The translations under genes were made by a program, and so were the position numbers. Shown here in pieces: positions 1-10,726 of a stretch of DNA of 32,000 bases. The notes beneath the pieces were generated by a model. The model did no database searches, was not told the origin of the DNA, and was given only the letters and a program-made list of their open reading frames with translations. The DNA comes from Candidatus Arthromitus sp. SFB-mouse-Japan (GTDB lineage: Bacteria; Bacillota; Clostridia; Clostridiales; Clostridiaceae): the NCBI RefSeq assembly GCF_000270205.1, contig NC_015913.1:1-32000 (forward strand), in the 5' to 3' direction. The stretch's first letter is position 1. Every line of letters begins with the position of its first letter.

Positions 1-1359
1 GTGGAATTTAATTATAACGATTTATGGAATGATATATTATTAGAATTAAAAAAAAGTCTTTCAGATATTAGTTTTAATACCTGGTTTTCAGATGTAAAAA
101 TTTTAAATATTTATAATTCTAATATTATCATTGGTTGTAATAACTCTCTAATATCAGAAACTATAAATCTTAGATATTTAGATTCATTAACTTCAATAAT
201 ATTTAATTTAACAAAACAACACTATACTGTTAAATGTATCTTAAAAGATTCCTTTAAGAGTGAATACTCTAAAGATTTAAATAAAACTATTACATTAAGT
301 GCTCACGATAACGTTTTAAATACTGCATTAAGCTCTAATTTAAATTCTAAATATACATTTGAAACTTTTGTTGTTGGGAATAGCAATAGATTTGCTCACG
401 CTGCATCATTAGCTGTAGCAGAATCTCCATCTAAAGCATACAATCCACTATTTATATATGGGGGAGTTGGTTTAGGAAAAACACACTTAATGCATGCCAT
501 AGGTCATTTAATTAATGAAAATAACTCTAACTTAAAAGTTGTATATGTTACCTCAGAAAAATTTATCAATGAGCTAATTAGTGCAATAAAAGATGATAAA
601 AATATAGAATTTAGAGATAAATATAGAACTGTAGATGTTTTACTTATTGATGATGTTCAATTTATTGCTGGTAAAGAACGTACTCAGGAAGAGTTTTTCC
701 ATACATTTAATTCTTTGCATGAATCTAATAAACAAATTATATTATCAAGTGATAGACCACCCAAAGAAATAAAAACACTTGAAGAAAGGTTACGATCAAG
801 ATTTGAATGGGGACTTATTGCTGACATACAACCACCAGATTACGAAACAAGAATAGCTATATTAAGAAAAAAAGCAGATGTGGATAAATTAAACGTTCCT
901 AATGAAGTACTCATATATATAGCAACAAAAATTAAATCAAATATTCGTGAATTAGAAGGAGCTCTCTTAAGAGTTGTTGCTTATACAAATTTAACAAACA
1001 GCAACATTTCCCTTGAGTTAGCTAAAGAAGCACTAAAAGATTTAATTAATATTAAAAATTCAAAAATTATTACAATTGAATACATACAAGAAACAATATC
1101 TAATTACTTTGATTTAACTATAGATATAATAAAATCCCAAAGAAGAACCCAAAATATAGCTTTTCCTAGACAAATTGCAATGTATTTATGCAGAAAACTT
1201 ACAGATTCGTCTCTACCTAAAATAGGTGAGAAGTTTGGAGGAAGGGATCATACCACAGTAATACATGCTTATGAAAAAATATTAAATAAAATAGAATCCG
1301 ATCCTGAATTTAATAATTTAATCATTGAATTATCTAATAAAATAACTAATAATAAATAA
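1..1359 (+). CDS. dnaA: Chromosomal replication initiator protein DnaA
   Basis: 452-aa ORF with a GTG start at base 1. AAA+ Walker [11 protein letters not shown] and Walker [10 protein letters not shown]-terminal DnaA-box-binding region ([15 protein letters not shown]). Canonical position upstream of dnaN. Confidence 0.97.
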   Translation: MEFNYNDLWNDILLELKKSLSDISFNTWFSDVKILNIYNSNIIIGCNNSLISETINLRYLDSLTSIIFNLTKQHYTVKCILKDSFKSEYSKDLNKTITLSAHDNVLNTALSSNLNSKYTFETFVVGNSNRFAHAASLAVAESPSKAYNPLFIYGGVGLGKTHLMHAIGHLINENNSNLKVVYVTSEKFINELISAIKDDKNIEFRDKYRTVDVLLIDDVQFIAGKERTQEEFFHTFNSLHESNKQIILSSDRPPKEIKTLEERLRSRFEWGLIADIQPPDYETRIAILRKKADVDKLNVPNEVLIYIATKIKSNIRELEGALLRVVAYTNLTNSNISLELAKEALKDLINIKNSKIITIEYIQETISNYFDLTIDIIKSQRRTQNIAFPRQIAMYLCRKLTDSSLPKIGEKFGGRDHTTVIHAYEKILNKIESDPEFNNLIIELSNKITNNK

Positions 1360-1588
1360 TTTTCTAAATAATGTTTATAACTTATTTTTTTATTATTTAA
1401 AATTATAAATTTCCACTTAATAATTTACTATATTTTTTACATTATTCCAAATTAATATCAACAAAATTATTTCTATTAAACAACTTATTTTGTACAAAAA
1501 ATGTTGTTTCCACAAAACTAACATAACCTACTACTATTACTACTAATATTTTATAATTTTTTATTTAATTTTTAAGGATGGTTTAAAT
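1360..1588. other. dnaA-dnaN intergenic part of oriC: relaxed DnaA box, DnaA-trio-like array and AT-only unwinding stretch
   Basis: 229-bp non-coding spacer at the canonical Firmicute oriC position. It contains GTTTCCACA (1506-1514; 2 mismatches to TTATCCACA) and TGTTTATAA (1372-1380; 2 mismatches to the reverse box). A CTA/TTA trinucleotide array lies at 1528-1548, followed by an almost pure A/T stretch up to the dnaN RBS. Confidence 0.55.
1528..1548. repeat. DnaA-trio-like trinucleotide array (CTA CTA CTA TTA CTA CTA ATA; bottom strand 3'-GAT-5' repeats)
   Basis: Seven in-phase trinucleotides read directly from the sequence. They sit 13 nt downstream of a DnaA-box-like GTTTCCACA and directly upstream of an A/T-only stretch. 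Confidence 0.45.
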
Positions 1589-2695
1589 ATGAAATTTTTT
1601 TGCAATAAATTAGAATTAGTTGAAAAAATAAATATTGTTCAAAAGGCTATAATTAGTAGGGGAAATTCTCCTGTTTTAGGTTGCATATTTATGCAAGTTG
1701 ATGATAATAAATTAACAATGACTGCTGTAGATACAGATTTATCAATTGAAACAAATGTTAATGCAGAAGTTATTGAAAAAGGAAACTTGCTTTTAGATTC
1801 TAAATTATTTGGGGAAATAGTAAAAAGATTACCAATGGAAAAAATAGAAATTAAGAATAATGAATTAAATAAAAAAAATATAATTATTTCATCAGGTAAT
1901 ACTGAATTTAATTTATTAAATTTAGATTCTGAAGAATATCCTAAAATACCTCAAGTGGATTTTAAAAATAAAATCTTTTTAAAACAATCTGTATTAAAAA
2001 ATATGATAAAAAGCACAACATTTTCAGCATCATTTGATGAATCAAAAGGCATAATTACGGGAGTTCTTATAAATATAAAAAATAATATTTTAACTTTTGT
2101 AGCTCTTGATGGATTTAGACTTGCATTAAAAAGTGAAATTGTAGATAATAGTTATAATATAAATATAATAGTTCCTGCTAGAACTTTGAATGAATTAAAT
2201 AAAATACTTAAAGAAACAGATGATTTAATTGAAATATATCTTACAAGTAATTTCATAATGGTAAATATAAGTAATGATAAAATAATATTAAGATTACTTC
2301 AGGGTGATTTTATAAAATATGATTCAATACTTCCAAAAGAATATAAATTATCTATTATTGTATCTAAATATGAGTTAATTAATGGATTAGAGAGATCAAC
2401 ATTATTAACTAAGGATAAAAATAATAATTTAGTTAAAATGGAAATAAAAAAAGATAAATTATTATTGAAATCTCACTCATCTTTTGGACAATTAAAAGAG
2501 GAAATATTAATAAAAAAAGATGGAATAGATTTAGATATAGCGTTTAATTCTAGATATCTTGTAGATGCAATTAAATCGATTCCAGAAGATGAAGTTGAAT
2601 TAAAATTTAATAATAATATAACCCCATGTATAATTAAAAGCATTAAAAATGATAATTCAAAATATATGGTTTTACCTGTTAGATTTATTGTTTAA
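1589..2695 (+). CDS. dnaN: DNA polymerase III beta sliding clamp
   Basis: 368-aa ORF following dnaA. It has the typical beta-clamp length and three-domain pattern, with the C-terminal MVLPVRF-type ending. Confidence 0.96.
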   Translation: MKFFCNKLELVEKINIVQKAIISRGNSPVLGCIFMQVDDNKLTMTAVDTDLSIETNVNAEVIEKGNLLLDSKLFGEIVKRLPMEKIEIKNNELNKKNIIISSGNTEFNLLNLDSEEYPKIPQVDFKNKIFLKQSVLKNMIKSTTFSASFDESKGIITGVLINIKNNILTFVALDGFRLALKSEIVDNSYNINIIVPARTLNELNKILKETDDLIEIYLTSNFIMVNISNDKIILRLLQGDFIKYDSILPKEYKLSIIVSKYELINGLERSTLLTKDKNNNLVKMEIKKDKLLLKSHSSFGQLKEEILIKKDGIDLDIAFNSRYLVDAIKSIPEDEVELKFNNNITPCIIKSIKNDNSKYMVLPVRFIV

Positions 2696-2705
2696 TATAT
2701 TTAGA

Positions 2706-2750
2706 TTTTAAGATCATTTATTTTAAAATAAATGATCTTAAAATTTTATT
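2706..2750 (+). terminator. Perfect 38-bp palindrome plus T-run between dnaN and recF (weak AT-rich intrinsic terminator or attenuator)
   Basis: TTTTAAGATCATTTATTTT (2706-2724) is the exact reverse complement of AAAATAAATGATCTTAAAA (2725-2743). TTTTATT follows. Confidence 0.45.
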
Positions 2751-2760
2751 TGGAGATAAA

Positions 2761-3861
2761 ATGTATTTTAACGATATAAGATTAAAAAATTTTAGAAATT
2801 ATAAAAATATAAGTATTAATTTACATAAAGATTTAAATATTTTAATAGGTAATAATGGTGAAGGGAAAACAAATATACTAGAGTCAATTTATTTTCTTTC
2901 ACTATTAAAGTCTCATAGAACAATAAAGTTAAATGATTTAATTAATTTTAAAGAAGAATATACAGAAATATTTACTAATATCACAAATGATAATGATAAA
3001 AAAATAGTAACATATTTAAAATTTGATAAATTAAAGGGTAAGAATGTTAGCATAAATAATTTGGATATTAACAGATTAGCAGATTTTATAGGTTATATAA
3101 AAGTTGTTATGATTGCTCCAGAAGATATGAGAATAATTAAAGATTCACCAAGTATTAGAAGGAAATTTTTAGATATTAACATATCTCAAATTGATAAAAT
3201 ATACTTAAAATCTATTCTTAAATATAATAAAGTTCTGAATTTAAAGAACAATTTGTTAAAAGAAAAAAATATTAATGATAAATTATTAGATGTGTATGAT
3301 GAACAAATATCTTTATGTAGTGGAATTATAATTAACAAGAGATTACAATATATAGATATGTTAAATAAATTTTCTAAAAGTATACATAACGATATATCTT
3401 GTAATAAAGAAAATATAAATATAGTTTATAAATCTTTTATTGATTTAGATGTATATAAAAATAATGAGAATATGAAAAATAAAATTTTAGATATATTAAA
3501 AAATAATAGAAATATTGATAAAATTAAGAAAAGCTCTAGTAGTGGGATACATAGAGATGATTTTATGATTTTCATAAATAATAGGGAAGCTTTGAATTAT
3601 TCATCACAAGGTCAGCAAAAAAGTGCAATTATATCTATAAAATTAAGTATAGTAAAAATAATAAAAGAAATTACAAAAGAATATCCTGTTTTGCTTTTAG
3701 ATGATATATTATCAGAACTTGATAGTAAAAGAAGAAAATTTTTGTTAAATTTCCTTCCATATGTTCAAACGTTTATAACTTGTACTGAAATACATGAAAA
3801 AATTTTAAGACCATGTAAGATTTTTAATATATCTAAAGGTGAAATCTTAGAGGAGTGTTAA
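2761..3861 (+). CDS. recF: DNA replication and repair protein RecF
   Basis: 366-aa ORF with Walker A GNNGEGKTNILES, the SMC/RecF signature SQGQQKS and Walker B VLLLDDILSELD. GGAG RBS upstream. Canonical dnaN-recF-gyrB synteny. Confidence 0.93.
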   Translation: MYFNDIRLKNFRNYKNISINLHKDLNILIGNNGEGKTNILESIYFLSLLKSHRTIKLNDLINFKEEYTEIFTNITNDNDKKIVTYLKFDKLKGKNVSINNLDINRLADFIGYIKVVMIAPEDMRIIKDSPSIRRKFLDINISQIDKIYLKSILKYNKVLNLKNNLLKEKNINDKLLDVYDEQISLCSGIIINKRLQYIDMLNKFSKSIHNDISCNKENINIVYKSFIDLDVYKNNENMKNKILDILKNNRNIDKIKKSSSSGIHRDDFMIFINNREALNYSSQGQQKSAIISIKLSIVKIIKEITKEYPVLLLDDILSELDSKRRKFLLNFLPYVQTFITCTEIHEKILRPCKIFNISKGEILEEC

Positions 3862-3862
3862 A

Positions 3863-4120
3863 TTGTATATTCAAATAGGAAATGAAGTTAGTGTTAGGGA
3901 GCGAGATATAGTAGGAATATTTAATGTTGATACAACATTTAGGTCTAAAGATAGTAATGATTTTTTAAAGATATCTGATGAGGAGGGATTTGTATATAAA
4001 TCATATGATTATTATATTAAATCTGTTGTAATAACAGAGATTGATAATAAAAGTAAGATTTTTTTATCACCAATCTCATCTCATACATTAATTAAGAGAA
4101 TTGGTGATGGTAAAAATTAA
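3863..4120 (+). CDS. remB: DUF370 family protein (RemB/YaaB-like)
   Basis: 85-aa ORF with a TTG start 1 nt after the recF stop. Pattern MYIQIGNEVSV..RDIVGIF...SPISSHTLIKR matches the DUF370 (RemA/RemB) family as I remember it. It occupies the recF-gyrB slot held by yaaB/remB in Bacillus. Confidence 0.75.
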   Translation: MYIQIGNEVSVRERDIVGIFNVDTTFRSKDSNDFLKISDEEGFVYKSYDYYIKSVVITEIDNKSKIFLSPISSHTLIKRIGDGKN

Positions 4121-4151
4121 ATTTTAATATAAACCGTTTGGAGGAATTTGA

Positions 4152-6071
<1,920 letters not shown>

Positions 6072-6089
6072 TCATGGGAGGATCTATAT

Positions 6090-8519
6090 ATGTCAAATAA
6101 TGAAGGAAGAATATTAAATATAGATATAAGTTCAGAAATGAAGAAATGTTATATGGAATATTCTATGAGTGTAATAATAGGCAGAGCACTCCCTGATATT
6201 AGAGATGGATTAAAACCGGTACATAGAAGAATTTTATATTCAATGTATAGTTTATCTCTTTACCCAGATAAACCATATAGGAAGAGTGCAAAGATAGTCG
6301 GAGATGTTTTAGCAAATTTTCATCCTCATGGAGATTCATCTGTTTATGATGCCCTAGTTAGAATGGCACAGGATTTTTCAATGAGAAATCCTTTAATTAA
6401 TGGTCATGGGAATTTTGGATCAATTGATGGAGATTCTGCTGCAGCTATGCGTTATACAGAAGCTAAAATGAGTAAAATTACTTTAGAAATGATAAGGGAT
6501 ATAAATAAGGAAACAGTAGACTTTTTGGATAATTATGATGGATCTGAAAAAGAACCAGTGACTCTCCCAAGTAGAATACCTAATCTACTTATTAATGGAT
6601 CATCAGGTATTGCTGTTGGTATGGCAACTAATATACCTCCACATAATTTAGGGGAGGTTATAGATGCTATAATTTATTTAATTGATAATGAAGAAGAAAA
6701 TATAAGTATAGATGATTTGATGAAGTATATAGAAGGTCCTGATTTTCCTTTAGGAGGTATAATATTAGGTACGAGAGGAATCAAAGATGCCTATGAAAAA
6801 GGAAAGGGTAAGATAATAGTAAGATCTAAGGTTTTGATTGAGGAAGTAAACAACAGGAATTGTATAATAGTTACAGAAATTCCATATCAAGTTAATAAGG
6901 CAAGATTGATTGAACATATAGCTGAGCTTATAAGAGACAAAAAAATTATTGGGATACATGATTTAAGAGATGAATCAGATAGAGAAGGTATAAGGGTCGT
7001 AATTGAATTAAAAAAAGATGTTAATGCTAATATAATATTAAATCAATTGTATAAATTAACTAAACTGCAAGATACATTCGGAGTTATAATGCTTTCTTTA
7101 GTTGATAATGAGCCTAAAATTTTAAATCTTAAAGATATTTTGATTCATTATTTAAATTACCAAAAAGAAGTTGTAACGAGAAGAAGTAAATTTGATTTAA
7201 AAAAGGCTGAGAATAATAAGCACATATTAGAAGGATATAAAATTGCTTTAGATAATATTGATGAAATTATTAAAATAATAAGAGAATCTAATAATAATGA
7301 AATAGCTAAGCAAAGTTTAATAGACAGATTTAAGCTTACAGAGATTCAAGCTTTATCTATACTGGAAATGAGACTCAGAAGATTAACTGCCTTAGAGAGA
7401 GATAAGATAGAATCAGAATTACTTGAAAAAATGAATCTTATAAAAGAGTTAAAAGAAATATTAGATAATGAAAGATCTTTATTGAATCTTATAAAGGATG
7501 AATTGCTGGAAATAAAGTCAATACACAATACTGACAGAAGAACTTATATAGATAAGACGTATTATGAAGATGATATAAATAAGGATAATTTGATACATAG
7601 AGAAGATATAGTTGTTACCTTGACTCATGATGGTTATATTAAGAGAATGGCGTCTAATACATATTCTAGCCAAAAAAGAGGAGGAAGGGGTATGCAAGCT
7701 ATGACTGTAAAAGAAAATGACTTTATAGAAAATATTTTTCATACAACAACTCATCATAACTTGCTATTTTTTACAAATTTAGGAAGAGTATATAATATAA
7801 AGGCATATGAAATACCTGATTCATCAAGGACGGCTAAGGGAATAAATATAATTAATTTAATAAATTTAAATAGTAATGAAAAAGTTCAAGTAGTTTTATG
7901 TTTAGATGGATTAGATAATTGTGGTTACATATTGATGGCTACTAAACTTGGATTAATCAAGAAAACTAAAATTTCTGAGTTTTCTAAGATAAGAAAAAAT
8001 GGATTAATCGCTATAGGAATAAAGGATAATGATGAATTGTTAAATGTAAAACAAACAAAGGGTGATGCTAATATTGTAATGGTAACTAGTGGTGGATATG
8101 CTATAATATTTAATGAAAAAAATATACGATCTATGGGGAGATCTGCAGCAGGAGTTAAAGCTATTACTTTAAGAAAAGGAGATAGTCTTGTTGCAATAGA
8201 TCTTGCTACAGATGGAGAAGATTTATTAATTACAAGTGAAAATGGATATGGTAAGAGAACTCCTTTAAAAAGTTATCCTATACAAAATAGAGGTGGGAAA
8301 GGTATAAAAACCTATAAAATAACAGAAAAAACGGGTAAAGTATCTTGTGCATGCGTAGTTAATGAAAATAATGATGTTATGTTGATTAATTCGAATGGTG
8401 TTGGAATACGAATAAAAACTAGTGATATTTCTAAAATAGGAAGAAGCTCATTAGGAGTTAAACTTATGAAAACAAACAATAATGAAAAGATAACAACTAT
8501 AGGTAAAATAAAAGAATAA
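6090..8519 (+). CDS. gyrA: DNA gyrase subunit A
   Basis: 809-aa ORF. Active-site region [31 protein letters not shown], and GyrA-box QKRGGRG, which marks gyrase rather than topoisomerase IV. GGGAGG RBS. Confidence 0.98.
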   Translation: MSNNEGRILNIDISSEMKKCYMEYSMSVIIGRALPDIRDGLKPVHRRILYSMYSLSLYPDKPYRKSAKIVGDVLANFHPHGDSSVYDALVRMAQDFSMRNPLINGHGNFGSIDGDSAAAMRYTEAKMSKITLEMIRDINKETVDFLDNYDGSEKEPVTLPSRIPNLLINGSSGIAVGMATNIPPHNLGEVIDAIIYLIDNEEENISIDDLMKYIEGPDFPLGGIILGTRGIKDAYEKGKGKIIVRSKVLIEEVNNRNCIIVTEIPYQVNKARLIEHIAELIRDKKIIGIHDLRDESDREGIRVVIELKKDVNANIILNQLYKLTKLQDTFGVIMLSLVDNEPKILNLKDILIHYLNYQKEVVTRRSKFDLKKAENNKHILEGYKIALDNIDEIIKIIRESNNNEIAKQSLIDRFKLTEIQALSILEMRLRRLTALERDKIESELLEKMNLIKELKEILDNERSLLNLIKDELLEIKSIHNTDRRTYIDKTYYEDDINKDNLIHREDIVVTLTHDGYIKRMASNTYSSQKRGGRGMQAMTVKENDFIENIFHTTTHHNLLFFTNLGRVYNIKAYEIPDSSRTAKGINIINLINLNSNEKVQVVLCLDGLDNCGYILMATKLGLIKKTKISEFSKIRKNGLIAIGIKDNDELLNVKQTKGDANIVMVTSGGYAIIFNEKNIRSMGRSAAGVKAITLRKGDSLVAIDLATDGEDLLITSENGYGKRTPLKSYPIQNRGGKGIKTYKITEKTGKVSCACVVNENNDVMLINSNGVGIRIKTSDISKIGRSSLGVKLMKTNNNEKITTIGKIKE

Positions 8520-8547
8520 TAACATTAAAAAATAACTAAGAAAAGCA

Positions 8548-8576
8548 TTGACAACTTATATTATTTAATATATAAT
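8548..8576 (+). promoter_or_regulatory. Sigma-A type promoter for the tRNA(CAT)-tRNA-Ala pair
   Basis: TTGACA (8548-8553), exact 17-nt spacer, TATAAT (8571-8576). It lies 24 nt upstream of the tRNA 5' end, with an A-tract further upstream. Confidence 0.6.
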
Positions 8577-8600
8577 TAGCGTATAAGTTGTTCTTAGTAA

Positions 8601-8677
8601 GGATCTTTAGCTCAGTTGGTTAGAGCAACCGGCTCATAACCGGTTGGTCCGGGGTTCGAGTCCCTGAAGATCCACCA
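8601..8677 (+). tRNA. tRNA with anticodon CAT (elongator Met or lysidine-modified Ile2; not the initiator)
   Basis: 77-nt cloverleaf folded by hand. Acceptor GGATCTT/AAGATCC, D-arm GCTC..GAGC, anticodon stem ACCGG/CCGGT with loop CTCATAA, T-arm CGGGG-TTCGAGT-CCCTG, encoded CCA. Confidence 0.92.
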
Positions 8678-8678
8678 T

Positions 8679-8754
8679 GGGGGTATAGCTCAGTTGGGAG
8701 AGCACCTGCCTTGCACGCAGGGGGTCAAGGGTTCGAGTCCCTTTATCTCCACCA
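8679..8754 (+). tRNA. tRNA-Ala (anticodon TGC)
   Basis: 76-nt cloverleaf. The acceptor stem carries the G3:U70 alanine identity pair. Anticodon stem CCTGC/GCAGG with loop CTTGCAC, T-loop TTCGAGT, encoded CCA. Confidence 0.95.
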
Positions 8755-8763
8755 TTATAAGTA

Positions 8764-8804
8764 TAGAAAAGAGCGCGTATTGTATACGTGCTCTTTTCTA
8801 TTTG
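8764..8804 (+). terminator. Intrinsic terminator after the tRNA pair
   Basis: About 17-bp stem TAGAAAAGAGCGCGTAT / ATACGTGCTCTTTTCTA (one G:U pair) followed by TTT. Confidence 0.75.
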
Positions 8805-8837
8805 CTACGAAAAATATTAAGTGTTAGGAAATAAATA

Positions 8838-9344
8838 ATGAATAGAATAAAACAATTTATATTTTACATGTTTAGTGTATTCTATAAAGTAGACAAAGAC
8901 TTTTTAAATCTATATTTAAATAAAAAAGAATTATATTATTTTAATAAACTTTTAAAAAGTGAAAAACAGCATTGTATAAAAGTTGCTAAAAAATGTTTAA
9001 AGGTATATGATAAGTTTGGGATATATAATTATGAAATTAATTTAGTTATAAAGATGTGCTTACTTCATGATGTTGGAAAGATATATTCGAAATTAAATTT
9101 GTTTTTAAAACCGTTTGTTGTTATTGTTATAAACAATAGGAAAACAAGAAAGTTAGTGTTATTTATGAATAAAAAACGGATTTTTAGATATATAAAGCAT
9201 TCAAAATACAGTTATGATATTCTAAAAAATTTTGAATATTCCGATGAGTTTTTAGATTCTATTAGATATCACCATTCTGAAAAAAGAATAATAAATAATA
9301 AATACATAAATTTGTTAAAATATTGTGATTCTAATTATTGTTAA
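8838..9344 (+). CDS. HD-domain (metal-dependent phosphohydrolase superfamily) protein, function unknown
   Basis: 168-aa ORF with the spaced HD-superfamily residues H...LLHDVGK...H...RYHH...D. Confidence 0.7.
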   Translation: MNRIKQFIFYMFSVFYKVDKDFLNLYLNKKELYYFNKLLKSEKQHCIKVAKKCLKVYDKFGIYNYEINLVIKMCLLHDVGKIYSKLNLFLKPFVVIVINNRKTRKLVLFMNKKRIFRYIKHSKYSYDILKNFEYSDEFLDSIRYHHSEKRIINNKYINLLKYCDSNYC

Positions 9345-9411
9345 TCTTAAAAGTGACAGTTTAATATTTTACAATTAGAGAAATTAAAAATATTTAGTAT
9401 AGGAGATTTTT

Positions 9412-10698
9412 ATGTTAGATTTAAAATTTATTGTTTCAAATAAGGATTTTGTTAAACAGAAGCTTACTAATAGAGGAGAAGATTTTCCTATTGATTTAAT
9501 AGATGATCTCATTGAATTTTATAAAGAAAAAAATTCATATATACTTAAAGTGGAAGAATTGAAGAATAAGAGAAATATCTCATCTAAGAGTGTAGTTTCA
9601 TTAAAAAAAACTGGTAAAAATGTTGATAGTATTTTTAAAGAGATGAAAGATTTAAGTGATTATATTAAAGAATTAGATAAAAAAATATTTATTTTAAATG
9701 ATAAAATAAATTATATTATGCTTAGAATACCTAATATACCAAATAACAATGTTCCAGAAGGAAATGGTGATGACGATAATGTTGAGATTAGGAGATGGGG
9801 AGAGCCAACTAAATGTGATTTTGAGATAAGATCGCACTGGGATATAGCTAAAAATTTAGATATATTAGATTTTGAGAGAAGTGCTAAGGTTACAGGATCT
9901 AGGTTCGTATTTTATAAGGGATTAGGTGCGAGATTGGAAAGATCTTTAATAAATTACTTCTTAGATGTACATACAATAGAACATGGGTATGTTGAGCTTA
10001 TTCCTCCATATATGGCAAATAAAGATAGTTTTATAGGAACAGGTCAATTACCAAAATTTAAAGATGATGCATTCTCAGTTGAAAATAGAGATTATTTTTT
10101 AATACCAACTGCGGAAATACCAGTGACTAATTTTTATAGAGATGAAATAATATCTTTGAATGATCAAAATCCTGTACAAAAGTTTGCAGCTTATAGTGCT
10201 TGTTTTAGATCTGAAGCTGGTTCTGCCGGTAGGGATACACGAGGATTGATAAGATTACATCAATTTAATAAAGTTGAGTTAGTTAAGTTTTGTCGAGAGG
10301 AAGATTCATATAATGAATTAGATAGTCTTGTTAATGATGTTGAGGTTTTATTAAAAGAATTGAAATTACCATATAGGGTTGTTAAGGTATGCAAAGGTGA
10401 TTTGGGATTTTCACAGGCTTTTAAATATGATATAGAAGTTTGGATGCCAAGTTATAATAGGTATGTTGAAATATCTAGTTGTAGTAATTTTGAAAGTTTT
10501 CAGAGTCGTAGGAGTAATATAAGGTACAAAGAAAATAGCTCGTCTAAAGCTAAATTTGTTCATACTTTAAATGGATCGGGCTTAGCAGTTGGCAGAACAT
10601 TTGCTGCTATACTTGAAAATTTCCAAACATCAGAAGGTAATGTTGTTATACCAGAAATACTCAAGAAATACTTTAATGGATTGGAAATTATATCTTAA
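9412..10698 (+). CDS. serS: Seryl-tRNA synthetase
   Basis: 428-aa ORF. N-terminal coiled-coil arm. Class II motif 2 [25 protein letters not shown] and motif 3 [25 protein letters not shown]. Confidence 0.96.
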   Translation: MLDLKFIVSNKDFVKQKLTNRGEDFPIDLIDDLIEFYKEKNSYILKVEELKNKRNISSKSVVSLKKTGKNVDSIFKEMKDLSDYIKELDKKIFILNDKINYIMLRIPNIPNNNVPEGNGDDDNVEIRRWGEPTKCDFEIRSHWDIAKNLDILDFERSAKVTGSRFVFYKGLGARLERSLINYFLDVHTIEHGYVELIPPYMANKDSFIGTGQLPKFKDDAFSVENRDYFLIPTAEIPVTNFYRDEIISLNDQNPVQKFAAYSACFRSEAGSAGRDTRGLIRLHQFNKVELVKFCREEDSYNELDSLVNDVEVLLKELKLPYRVVKVCKGDLGFSQAFKYDIEVWMPSYNRYVEISSCSNFESFQSRRSNIRYKENSSSKAKFVHTLNGSGLAVGRTFAAILENFQTSEGNVVIPEILKKYFNGLEIIS

Positions 10699-10726
10699 TT
10701 GGTATTTAATTTCTAGGAGGTTATTG

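Noticed and set aside
9345-9411. Possible T-box or other riboswitch leader upstream of serS.
   Set aside because: The interval is only 67 nt and lacks specifier, antiterminator or T-box sequence elements. It is recorded as an absence under findings.
10589-10726. 5' extension of the ORF-track frame 10589-12328 overlapping the serS 3' end ([10 protein letters not shown]...), and the antisense ORF 10630-10887.
   Set aside because: The extension overlaps conserved serS codons and has no RBS. The ATG at 10727 has an AGGAGG RBS and yields a sensible N-terminal TM helix. The antisense ORF is spurious.
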